DNA of 64,000 nucleotides from NCBI RefSeq assembly GCF_054482595.1, contig NZ_CM137008.1; one strand, 5' to 3'. Shown piece by piece: positions 21,717 to 30,441 of this stretch (position 1 is its first letter; each line of letters starts with the position of its first letter). The notes under the pieces were generated by a model. It saw only the letters and a program-made list of their open reading frames with translations, ran no database searches and was not told where the DNA came from. The position numbers and the translations under genes were made by a program.

Positions 21717-22298
21717 TCACGCTCGATGCATCAAATCCTGATAAATCCCCGTCAGTATTCCTTGTAAGCTAAATTCTCTTTTTATCCACTGAGTGACTTG
21801 ACCGCTTGCCGAATGCCTGGTTGCCAACAGCATTCGTGAATCCTGACGTGGGTTGTGGATCTGCCGTGTCACCAGCAATGACTTTTCCATCGCTTCACGC
21901 ACCATATAGTCTGGCAGAAAACCGATTCCCTCCCCCAGGATCTGGCACTGAAGCTTAGTATTAAAGTCGGGAACCAGAATCGACTCTTGCCCGTGTAACA
22001 GCCAGCCGACTTTTTTGTTAATAGTGTTTGCAGTGTCTTCCACCATGATGTTCGGGTACAGACGTAACTGACTCTCAGAAATGGGCTCAGGAATAAACGC
22101 CAGCGGATGAGCCGGAGAAATCGCGAACAACCAACGAATCATGCCGATTTCAATGTAATCAATTCCACCACCGTCCAGTAACGTATCGGGCGCGCCAATG
22201 GCGATATCAGCCTGGTTATTAATGAGTGAATCCCAGACGCCATTATACACCTCTGTAGTAATAGCTATCTGGCAGGTTGGAAAGTGTTCCCTGAGCAC
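21717..22298 (-). pseudogene. LysR-family regulator lacking its N-terminal HTH (truncated at the IS629 junction)
   Basis: 193 aa matches only the effector-binding domain; the frame stays open upstream to the IS629 left end at 22328. Confidence 0.65.
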
Positions 22299-22381
22299 TT
22301 GCAGAAGCCGAGCTGTATGCTGAGGGGTGAACCGCCCCGGGAATCCTGGAGACTAAACTCCCTGAGAAAGAGGTAAACAGA

Positions 22382-22708
22382 ATGACTAAAAATACTCGTT
22401 TTTCCCCCGAAGTCCGTCAGAGGGCGATTCGTATGGTTCTGGAAAGTCAGGGCGAATATGACTCACAGTGGGCGGCAATTTGTTCCATTGCCCCAAAGAT
22501 TGGTTGTACACCGGAGACTCTGCGTGTCTGGGTACGCCAGCATGAGCGGGATACCGGAGGCGGTGATGGCGGGCTCACCACCGCTGAACGTCAGCGTCTG
22601 AAAGAGCTGGAACGTGAAAATCGTGAACTGCGCCGCAGTAACGATATCCTTCGCCAGGCTTCCGCTTATTTTGCGAAGGCGGAGTTCGACCGCCTCTGGA
22701 AAAAGTGA
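22382..22708 (+). CDS. IS629 OrfA
   Basis: 108 aa HTH protein. Confidence 0.85.
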   Translation: MTKNTRFSPEVRQRAIRMVLESQGEYDSQWAAICSIAPKIGCTPETLRVWVRQHERDTGGGDGGLTTAERQRLKELERENRELRRSNDILRQASAYFAKAEFDRLWKK

Positions 22709-23595
22709 TGCCACTGCTGGATAAGCTGCGTAAGCTGTACGGGGTCGGACCGGTATGCAGTGAACTACATATTGCCCCGTCAACGTATTACCACTGTCAG
22801 CAACAGCGACATCATCCTGATAAACGCAGTGCCCGTGCGCAGCGCGATGACTGGCTGAAGAAAGAGATACTGCGCGTATACGATGGGAATCATCAGGTAT
22901 ACGGTGTGCGTAAAGTCTGGCGTCAGTTGTTACGGGAAGGAATCAGGGTAGCCAGATGTACAGTGGCGCGCCTCATGGCGGTTATGGGACTTGCCGGTGT
23001 TCTCCGGGGTAAAAAGGTCCGCACTACCGTCAGCCGGAAAGCCGTTGCCGCAGGCGACCGCGTAAACCGTCAGTTTGTGGCAGAACGTCCTGACCAGTTG
23101 TGGGTGGCTGATTTTACTTACGTCAGCACATGGCAGGGGGGCGTCTATGTGGCGTTCATCATTGATGTGTTTGCCGGATACATCGTGGGGTGGCGGGTCT
23201 CATCGTCTATGGAAACGACATTCGTGCTGGATGCTCTGGAGCAGGCGTTATGGGCCCGTCGACCGTCCGGCACAGTCCATCACAGTGATAAAGGTTCTCA
23301 GTATGTATCGCTGGCCTACACACAGCGGCTTAAGGAAGCCGGATTACTGGCATCAACAGGAAGTACTGGTGACTCGTATGACAACGCGATGGCGGAGAGC
23401 ATCAATGGCCTTTACAAAGCGGAGGTAATACACCGTAAGAGCTGGAAAAACCGGACAGAAGTGGAGCTGGCCACACTCACGTGGGTGGACTGGTCTAACA
23501 ATCGACGATTGCTGGAAAGGCTGGGCCATATCCCACCGGCAGAAGCAGAAAAAGCTTATTATGCTTCCATCGGAAACGATGATCTGGCAGCCTGA
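22705..23595 (+). CDS. IS629 OrfB (DDE transposase)
   Basis: 296 aa; overlaps orfA, typical IS3-family arrangement. Confidence 0.85.
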   Translation: MMPLLDKLRKLYGVGPVCSELHIAPSTYYHCQQQRHHPDKRSARAQRDDWLKKEILRVYDGNHQVYGVRKVWRQLLREGIRVARCTVARLMAVMGLAGVLRGKKVRTTVSRKAVAAGDRVNRQFVAERPDQLWVADFTYVSTWQGGVYVAFIIDVFAGYIVGWRVSSSMETTFVLDALEQALWARRPSGTVHHSDKGSQYVSLAYTQRLKEAGLLASTGSTGDSYDNAMAESINGLYKAEVIHRKSWKNRTEVELATLTWVDWSNNRRLLERLGHIPPAEAEKAYYASIGNDDLAA

Positions 23596-23639
23596 GTTCA
23601 CAGATAAAACACTCTCCAGGAAACCCGGGGCGGTTCAGT

Positions 23640-23838
23640 CTGATGCTTTACGAGCAGTTTGGGGATTTGAAATTCAAATACAGGAACAGGGAGTTCTGGT
23701 GCAGAGGGTACTACGTCGGTACGGTGGGTAATAACACGGCGAAAATACAGGATTACATAAAGTACTAGCTTGAAGAGGATAAAATGGGAGAGCAGTTATC
23801 GATTCCCTATCCGGACAGCCCGTTTACGGGCCGTAAGT
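23640..23838 (+). pseudogene. IS200 tnpA, C-terminal fragment with internal stop
   Basis: Translates to ...LMLYEQFGDLKFKYRNREFWCRGYYVGTVGNNTAKIQDYIKY*LEEDKMGEQLSIPYPDSPFTGRK, matching the IS200 TnpA C-terminus; starts at the IS629 right end; terminal hairpin near 23920..23950. Confidence 0.7.
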
Positions 23839-24007
23839 AACGAAGTTGGATGCAAATGTCAGATCGTGTGCGCCTGTTAGGGCGTGGCTGGTAAGAGAGC
23901 CTTATAGGCGCATTTGAAAAACCTCCGGCATAGCCGGAGGATATTTATTTGCGGAGCACGTTGATGAAGGTGCTCCGAAAGGTAAGTGTTAACATGGATT
24001 TTGCGTA

Positions 24008-24151
24008 TTAATCATCAAAGATTGGGCTGTCAGCATCATCAATGTTACATGTATCACAGTTTTGTTGAGATAATTCTGGACGTTTAAAATTTTGAGCTGA
24101 TTCACATGCATTTAGCATTATTACCATGAGAAACAGCATGATATATTTCAT
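24008..24151 (-). CDS. Small putative secreted or lipoprotein peptide (47 aa), not in the ORF track
   Basis: ATG 24151 preceded by AAGGAG at 5-nt spacing; MKYIMLFLMVIMLNAC... signal-like N-terminus with Cys at position 16; 35 bp downstream of the autotransporter stop. Confidence 0.35.
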   Translation of the reverse strand: MKYIMLFLMVIMLNACESAQNFKRPELSQQNCDTCNIDDADSPIFDD

Positions 24152-24186
24152 CGCCACTCCTTAAATTATTTAATAATGGCCAATAG

Positions 24187-26874
24187 TTACCAGTATAAAC
24201 TGACCCCTGTTGTTCCCTGCCAGGTCTTTTCGGATCGTTCACTAAGACCGTTTTGATAATCAACCTTGATATAATAATTTGTATAATCATTCAGCTTTAC
24301 GGTCACGCCGCCGCTTATTTTTGCAGCAGAACCATTATAGGATGTAAGTAATGAATCCTGGTATCCCGTACTGCCTACGGTAACATTATTTCTGTCTCTG
24401 GCGGTCAGTTGATTATTCAGCTCTGCATCAAGGAAGGGGGACCACTGGACCCCGGATATCGTCATAGTATTCCAGTACAAACGAGCTCCAGCGGAGGCGG
24501 TTAACTGATTATCCAGATCGTTATTAACGTTTAAATCATCATAACGATAGTCATCTAATTTAACTTTCTGCCAGGATACAGAAATTCGTGGCACCAGTGT
24601 CAGCGCCTCATTTAGTACTCGCGGATAGCCCGCTTCAAAAGCCAGAATCTGCCCACGACCATGAATATCAGGTTTACGTGTACTGTTATTCGATTCTACC
24701 TGTCCAGAATACCGGGCTAGTTGTAAAGTGGTGTTTGTGTACCAGCCCTGGGTTGCTGTATAACGCCAGTATAAACCTGTAGCGTAAGTATTGAGCTGGT
24801 AGCTTCCAAGCTGGGCATTCGAGGTGTAAATGGTTTTGCCCGATACATTAGCATTACTGTCGAGATAACCCACATAAACACCCAGTTTATGACTGCTGTC
24901 TTCATCAGCAGGCCATAAATCAGCCCCAATTTGGATACCTTTTACGTGGCCATTCCATGCCGCATTTGTGGCTCCGTCACCTTGATTTTCCTGTTGTCCG
25001 TAAAGGGTACGTACCCAAATCCCTTGGCCATTTTGGGCCATTCCACTGGGTTCCGGAACGAGTCTGTCAGCAAACTGTGGTATTAGCGCCAGTCCAGCCT
25101 GACGGGTAATATCTCCCAATGCGCTGCTGACGACAGCATCTGCACGCATCGCGCCACGCTGTAGAAAAGAATCATATTGGTAACTTTGCCCGGCAAACAC
25201 ACCATAATCATACAAACCGGTAGTCAGAATGGCATCCTGAGCACTACTATTTTTGATTACCGCATTGGTATCATTACCACTGATACTACCAATGGTTAGG
25301 GAGTGTCCGTTAACATCCAGTATACTGCCTGTTGTAGTGTCATACGTTTTTGAAAAAACGATATGGTCAGTATAATTCAAAGCATTATCCGCGTTTATAT
25401 TGACACTGGCATTTCCTTCTAGTTTCAATGTTGTATTATATAACGAGTTTTCATGATTCAGATTTATCAGTGAATTCCCTTTAAAACGCTGCTCGCCACC
25501 ATTAATGGCATCTGCAGTATTAATGTTTAATGTCGAATTACCATCAAATAATAAATTTCCGCCATCCACACCATGCTGTGCTGAAATGTTCATGACAGCA
25601 TCGTCTTTAAATGTAGTAGATGTGCCACCAGTAACTGCCTGGCTGATATTGGCGTTAAATATAGCATTGTTACTAAATATTTGTTTGCTGTTACCGGAAA
25701 TCGCCCCTTTACTGTTGCCATTCAGGATGCTGTTTCCACTAAAATTCTGTCTGCCTCCAGACAGGGTATCTTCGCCATTGGCATTTAATATACTATTATC
25801 GTTAAAATTTTGTATCCCCCCGGTAATTGTTGATTTACCGTTAGCATTAAATACTGCATTATCCTGTAATTTTATTTGTCCTCCAATAATAGCCTGATCT
25901 GCTTCTGTATTCAGGACTGAGCTTTTTGCCAGGATCTGATATCCACCACTTATACCTTGACTGGCATTGACATTTAATGTTGCATCGTTAAATGTTTGAT
26001 TGCCACCACTGAGTGCCGTGGCTGCATTCACATTCATTGTCGTACCAGATTGAAATATCTGTTTATTCGTATTATTCGTTTCTCCCGCGATAGCATTAGC
26101 GGTATCCGCATTTAATACTGAACTCCCAGTGAACAGTAACGTGCCTCCAGTGACACTACCGTTTCCAGTCACATTGACCTCGCTGGAATCCTGAATGTTT
26201 AACTGCCCACCAGACATTCCCCCCGTGGCATTGATATTAACCGTTGACGTTCCTTTAACACTGCCAACTTTACCAGAGGACATCGTATTTTTACTAAAGG
26301 CATCGGATGCGTTTAAATTAAGTGTCGCATCTGTGAATGTCAGTCCCGTGCTGTTAAATACGCCATCGGCTGCATTGATGTTTAGTGTTGTTCCAGCATT
26401 GAATATCTGACTACCGCCATTAATTGCTTTTTCAGTATTGGCATTGACTACGCCATTACTACCAGCGAGAGCAGTTAACTTGGCATTGTTTATACCAGAA
26501 CTGGCATTGATATCGATTTCAACTTTCCCTGGTGTACTTCCGCCTCTTAGCGTGTATGTACCGCCATTTAATCCTGACTCGGCGTTGACTTTTACATGCG
26601 TATTCTCTCTGAACTCATAGGTACCTTTGTTATTATTAAAGGCCTGGCTGGCAGAAACAGTAAGATCTGTATTCCCTAAAAAATAAACAGGAGATTTATC
26701 GATATATCCAGCAGTATTGGCATCTATTGTTTTATTAGTGCAATAAGATGATCCCGAACAATCAGAAGAAATAGCCGCATTCACTGAGCTGGAAATAAAA
26801 GATAATGAAAACACCGCCAATAGCAGGGAAGAACCATATCCAGCAGAGCGATGACAGAAAATTATTTTATCCAT
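24187..26874 (-). CDS. Type Va autotransporter (adhesin-like passenger, C-terminal beta-barrel)
   Basis: 895 aa; signal peptide; repetitive Asn/Gly/Thr-rich passenger; beta-domain ending ...GVSLYW. Confidence 0.8.
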   Translation of the reverse strand: MDKIIFCHRSAGYGSSLLLAVFSLSFISSSVNAAISSDCSGSSYCTNKTIDANTAGYIDKSPVYFLGNTDLTVSASQAFNNNKGTYEFRENTHVKVNAESGLNGGTYTLRGGSTPGKVEIDINASSGINNAKLTALAGSNGVVNANTEKAINGGSQIFNAGTTLNINAADGVFNSTGLTFTDATLNLNASDAFSKNTMSSGKVGSVKGTSTVNINATGGMSGGQLNIQDSSEVNVTGNGSVTGGTLLFTGSSVLNADTANAIAGETNNTNKQIFQSGTTMNVNAATALSGGNQTFNDATLNVNASQGISGGYQILAKSSVLNTEADQAIIGGQIKLQDNAVFNANGKSTITGGIQNFNDNSILNANGEDTLSGGRQNFSGNSILNGNSKGAISGNSKQIFSNNAIFNANISQAVTGGTSTTFKDDAVMNISAQHGVDGGNLLFDGNSTLNINTADAINGGEQRFKGNSLINLNHENSLYNTTLKLEGNASVNINADNALNYTDHIVFSKTYDTTTGSILDVNGHSLTIGSISGNDTNAVIKNSSAQDAILTTGLYDYGVFAGQSYQYDSFLQRGAMRADAVVSSALGDITRQAGLALIPQFADRLVPEPSGMAQNGQGIWVRTLYGQQENQGDGATNAAWNGHVKGIQIGADLWPADEDSSHKLGVYVGYLDSNANVSGKTIYTSNAQLGSYQLNTYATGLYWRYTATQGWYTNTTLQLARYSGQVESNNSTRKPDIHGRGQILAFEAGYPRVLNEALTLVPRISVSWQKVKLDDYRYDDLNVNNDLDNQLTASAGARLYWNTMTISGVQWSPFLDAELNNQLTARDRNNVTVGSTGYQDSLLTSYNGSAAKISGGVTVKLNDYTNYYIKVDYQNGLSERSEKTWQGTTGVSLYW

Positions 26875-27092
26875 GGCTGCATCCTATTTATTTTTAGATA
26901 ATTCAAAAGAATAACTACTGCCGCGCGTAATGCACCTGCGCCAAACGCCAGTTCTCTGATGGCGATATCCTGTATCAGGTCGTCAGGTATCTCAACTTTA
27001 AGCGGTTGGGGTTTTTCCCGGTTGAATAACTCAGGCCAGAGTTCCACAAGACGATTAATACGCTTACGGTTTTTACGCTGGCGTTTTGTCAT
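26862..27092 (-). pseudogene. ProQ/FinO-like N-terminal fragment fused to the autotransporter leader region
   Basis: 76 aa ORF; first ~45 aa resemble the FinO/ProQ N-terminus (...LVELWPELFN...PLKVEIPDDL...); remainder is the autotransporter ribosome-binding region read in another frame. Confidence 0.3.
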
Positions 27093-27641
27093 ATGCCGCC
27101 ACGGTGTTTTTTCAGCAGAGCAGGGCTCTGTTTATCGTTCAACTGTGGTATCCGTTCCCTGGCCTTCACGTTGTGTGCAGTGTTCGTTTTATCCTGCAGC
27201 GGCGTTGCCGGTGACTTACTGAAAATACCCTGCGGTTTACGGTTAATGGTCAGCGTTACCATCAGTATTGTTACCTCGTGCTGTCAATGGAAGTGGTACC
27301 TCATCCGGTATCTGAAAATGTTTTCCGGTGGATGGCACAGCGAATGTCATGTAAGACATGCTGTTGCCGGTATTGTTCAGTGCTGTGCGTAGTGAGCGTA
27401 TTCGTTATCAGACTGTACTGGTTGTGAACGATATGACTATGGTGACCGCTACAGTCGGACCAGCCGTACCAATACATACAGCCATGTGCCCTCTGATGCT
27501 GAAAGCCTAAATGATGGTAATGACGACATGCGTATGATAAAATATTACTTGACAAATGATAATGAACACCACTTGCAACAACCAGCAAGACCATTGAATA
27601 GAGCTAATTGGCGAGTACATCTGTAGATAGTACACAATTCA

Positions 27642-27691
27642 TTACGTAAAATGCTGTAATTTCTATCTAGGGTTACGTAAAATATCACGTA
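27642..27691 (+). promoter_or_regulatory. Putative DndB operator in the dndBCDE promoter
   Basis: 11-bp direct repeat TTACGTAAAAT at 27642 and 27673 (31 bp apart); the second lies in a TACG-N10-CGTA motif (27674..27691), the DndB autoregulatory site type as I recall it. Confidence 0.45.
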
Positions 27692-27724
27692 ACTTAATTC
27701 ATTAAATATTTTACGGATTACAGC

Positions 27725-28810
27725 ATGGCTAGTGTTGATGCAGACTACTGCTACTCGTTTCCGGCTATACGTGGCATTCAGGCAGGCCGCCCCTTCTACA
27801 TTGCCACATGTCCGATGCGTATCATCCCCAAAATTTTTAGCTTTGATGAAAATGATGTTCCTCCGGAGTTGCGCGCGCAACGCACCCTCAATAAATCTCG
27901 CATCCCTGAAATGGTTCGTTATCTTCTTGAAAATCCTAAAGATTATGTATTTTCTGCACTAACAGCATCCATTGCCGTTGACGTCCAGTTTGATGAGTTT
28001 CCCGGCACGAATAATCTAGGGACGTTATGTGTACCAATGGACGCGCAAATCTTGATCAACGACGGTCAGCATCGTCGTAAAGCGATTGAAGACGCTTTAG
28101 ACGCTCGCCCGGAGCTGGGGCAGGATAACATACCTGTGCTGTTTTTTGTCGATGAAGGATTAAAACGCAGCCAACAGATGTTTGCCGATCTGAATAAATA
28201 TGCTATTCGCCCCAGTCCGTCGTTGGCATCGTTGTATGATCATCGGGATGCCAGTTCAAATTTGGCGCGTTATCTGGCAATGTCCGTAGAGCCGTTTGTC
28301 GGAATGACTGAGCTGGAAAAATCCAATATCAGTCAGCGGTCAAATAAATTATTTACGTTAAGCAGCATCAAGCAAGCTACCCGTGCGTTGCTGGGAAAAG
28401 ATCCGAAAAAGAGCGATTTTGAAGAATGTACCCAGATAGCAACTCGCTATTGGCAAGCTATTTATAATGTAATGCCGGACTGGCAATTAGCCGCAAAAAA
28501 GGAAGTTTCACCGGTTCAACTACGTCAGGACTATGTTCACGCTCACGGTATTGGTTTGCAGGCACTCGGACAACTAGGGTATACACTGCTGACAAATTAC
28601 CCAGAGCAGTGGCCTGATAAAATTGCTGCACTCAAAGTGTTTAACTGGCGCAGAAATAATCCGGATCTTATCAAACGTGCGATGCAGCATGGAAAGTTGA
28701 GCAAAACCAGTACGGCAATCCAACTCACCTGCAATGCGCTAAAAAACGCACTCTCAATTCCGCTTACTCCTGAAGAACAGGAGCTTGAAGCCCAAATGGT
28801 TGTCTCATGA
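27725..28810 (+). CDS. dndB: DNA phosphorothioation regulator DndB (DGQHR-motif protein)
   Basis: 361 aa with DGQHR motif (...ILINDGQHRRKAIEDAL...); first gene of the four-gene cluster. Confidence 0.85.
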   Translation: MASVDADYCYSFPAIRGIQAGRPFYIATCPMRIIPKIFSFDENDVPPELRAQRTLNKSRIPEMVRYLLENPKDYVFSALTASIAVDVQFDEFPGTNNLGTLCVPMDAQILINDGQHRRKAIEDALDARPELGQDNIPVLFFVDEGLKRSQQMFADLNKYAIRPSPSLASLYDHRDASSNLARYLAMSVEPFVGMTELEKSNISQRSNKLFTLSSIKQATRALLGKDPKKSDFEECTQIATRYWQAIYNVMPDWQLAAKKEVSPVQLRQDYVHAHGIGLQALGQLGYTLLTNYPEQWPDKIAALKVFNWRRNNPDLIKRAMQHGKLSKTSTAIQLTCNALKNALSIPLTPEEQELEAQMVVS

Positions 28811-30441
28811 GTAAATTAGTTCAGGCCTACGATTTGGCCGAATACACAGATTTTATTAATCAGGAGCAGTTTTCTGGACGCCCTCTGGCCGAATATATTT
28901 CTGAAGTTCAGAGAATTTATTGTGCGGATAAGCGTCCGTGGGTAATTGGCTATAGCGGTGGAAAAGATTCTTCCGCCGTGATCACGCTGGTGTATCTGGC
29001 CCTGCTTGGCCTGCCCCCGGAAATGCGCAACAAAGATGTTTTTGTAGTGTCATCCGATACGCTGGTGGAAACACCAGTGGTAGTAGATTTAATTAAGAAA
29101 ACGATGTTGCAAATTGAGGCAGGCGCAAAGCGTAATGGCCTGCCGATCACTCAACATGCGGTAACGCCTAAAACTAATGAAACCTTCTGGGTCAATTTAC
29201 TGGGGAAAGGTTATCCGGCCCCAACCCGCAGTTTTCGCTGGTGTACCGAACGCATGAAAATCAATCCGGTGAGTGACTTTATTAAAGAAAAGGTCAGCCA
29301 GTTTGATGAAGTAATTGTTGTCCTAGGTTCACGTAGTAGTGAGAGTGCCTCTCGTGCGCAGGTCATCGCAAAGCACAAAATTGATGGCTCACGCTTGGCC
29401 CGGCATACCACACTGGCAAATGCGTTTATCTATACCCCTATTGATACCTGGGATGTAGAAGACGTCTGGAAACTGCTGCGCGGCGCGTTCCGCTATGCTC
29501 CTGAATATATCGACGAATGGGAAAGCCCATGGGGTGGAAACAATCGTCCTCTATGGACGCTGTATATGGACTCTTCCGCACAGGGTGAGTGTCCCTTAGT
29601 GATAGACGAAAGTACCCCCTCTTGTGGGAACTCTCGCTTTGGATGCTGGACCTGTACCGTAGTAACCAAAGATAAAGCGATGGAAAGTCTGATCAAAAAT
29701 GGCGAAGAGTGGATGTCGCCATTGCTGAAATATCGTGATCTGCTGGCGTTTACCACCGATCCGGTGAATAAAGACACCTATCGCAACTATAAACGTCGTA
29801 CCGGTAAGGTGAGCTATCAGTACGCTAAAGACGGTGAAGATCGCAGTGCAGAGCGTAAGCATGTGCCAGGCCCCTACTGGCTCAAATATCGCCAGCAATG
29901 GTTAAAAGACTTACTGGAAATTGAGCGTGATTTAAACGCCCAGGGCCACAGGATTACGTTAATCACCGAGTCGGAACTGCACGCTATCCGCCAAGAATGG
30001 TTGAAGGATCCTAATGAACCAGACTGGTACGACACACTACCAGGTATCTACCGTGAGGTGTACCAGCGGGATCTGGATTGGGTCGTTGACGACCAATCAC
30101 GTTTTGACGCCAGCGATGCCGATTTGCTGGTGCAGATAGCTCAGGGGTTTGATGTTGTGCCAGAGATGGTGATGAAATTGATTGAGCTGGAAGTTTCAAT
30201 GGAAGGATTAAGTCGCCGTCAGGGGATTTTTGACAAACTTGGCACCATTTTAAAACAGGATTGGGGCAGTCTCGAAGAGATTCAACAACAGCAGGCAGCG
30301 CTACAAAAACGTAACGACCGGGATATTCACCAGGAAGAAATCACCAGGCTGGAAGCTGAACTTCAGGTTTTACAACGCAGAATTGTCGATGCCAGCGAAT
30401 CCTCTGTATTGGTCGGCGAGGAAAACGAACGTGCTCATTAA
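28807..30441 (+). CDS. dndC: DndC, PAPS-reductase-like ATP pyrophosphatase with Fe-S cysteines
   Basis: 544 aa; PP-loop SGGKDS; Cys cluster CGNSRFGCWTC; ATGA overlap with dndB. Confidence 0.85.
   Translation: MSKLVQAYDLAEYTDFINQEQFSGRPLAEYISEVQRIYCADKRPWVIGYSGGKDSSAVITLVYLALLGLPPEMRNKDVFVVSSDTLVETPVVVDLIKKTMLQIEAGAKRNGLPITQHAVTPKTNETFWVNLLGKGYPAPTRSFRWCTERMKINPVSDFIKEKVSQFDEVIVVLGSRSSESASRAQVIAKHKIDGSRLARHTTLANAFIYTPIDTWDVEDVWKLLRGAFRYAPEYIDEWESPWGGNNRPLWTLYMDSSAQGECPLVIDESTPSCGNSRFGCWTCTVVTKDKAMESLIKNGEEWMSPLLKYRDLLAFTTDPVNKDTYRNYKRRTGKVSYQYAKDGEDRSAERKHVPGPYWLKYRQQWLKDLLEIERDLNAQGHRITLITESELHAIRQEWLKDPNEPDWYDTLPGIYREVYQRDLDWVVDDQSRFDASDADLLVQIAQGFDVVPEMVMKLIELEVSMEGLSRRQGIFDKLGTILKQDWGSLEEIQQQQAALQKRNDRDIHQEEITRLEAELQVLQRRIVDASESSVLVGEENERAH

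Larger units (their letters stand above)
22328..23637 (+). mobile_element. IS629 (1310 bp)
   Basis: Ends TGAACCGCCCCGGG... (22328) and ...CCCGGGGCGGTTCA (23637); Orf[20 protein letters not shown]... recognised as IS629/IS1203-type. No 3-bp target duplication (GGG vs GTC). Confidence 0.85.

Noticed and set aside
27093-27594. 97-99 aa ORFs in the autotransporter-dndB intergenic region
   Set aside because: His/Cys-rich low-complexity translations without ribosome-binding sites; region more likely holds divergent promoters.
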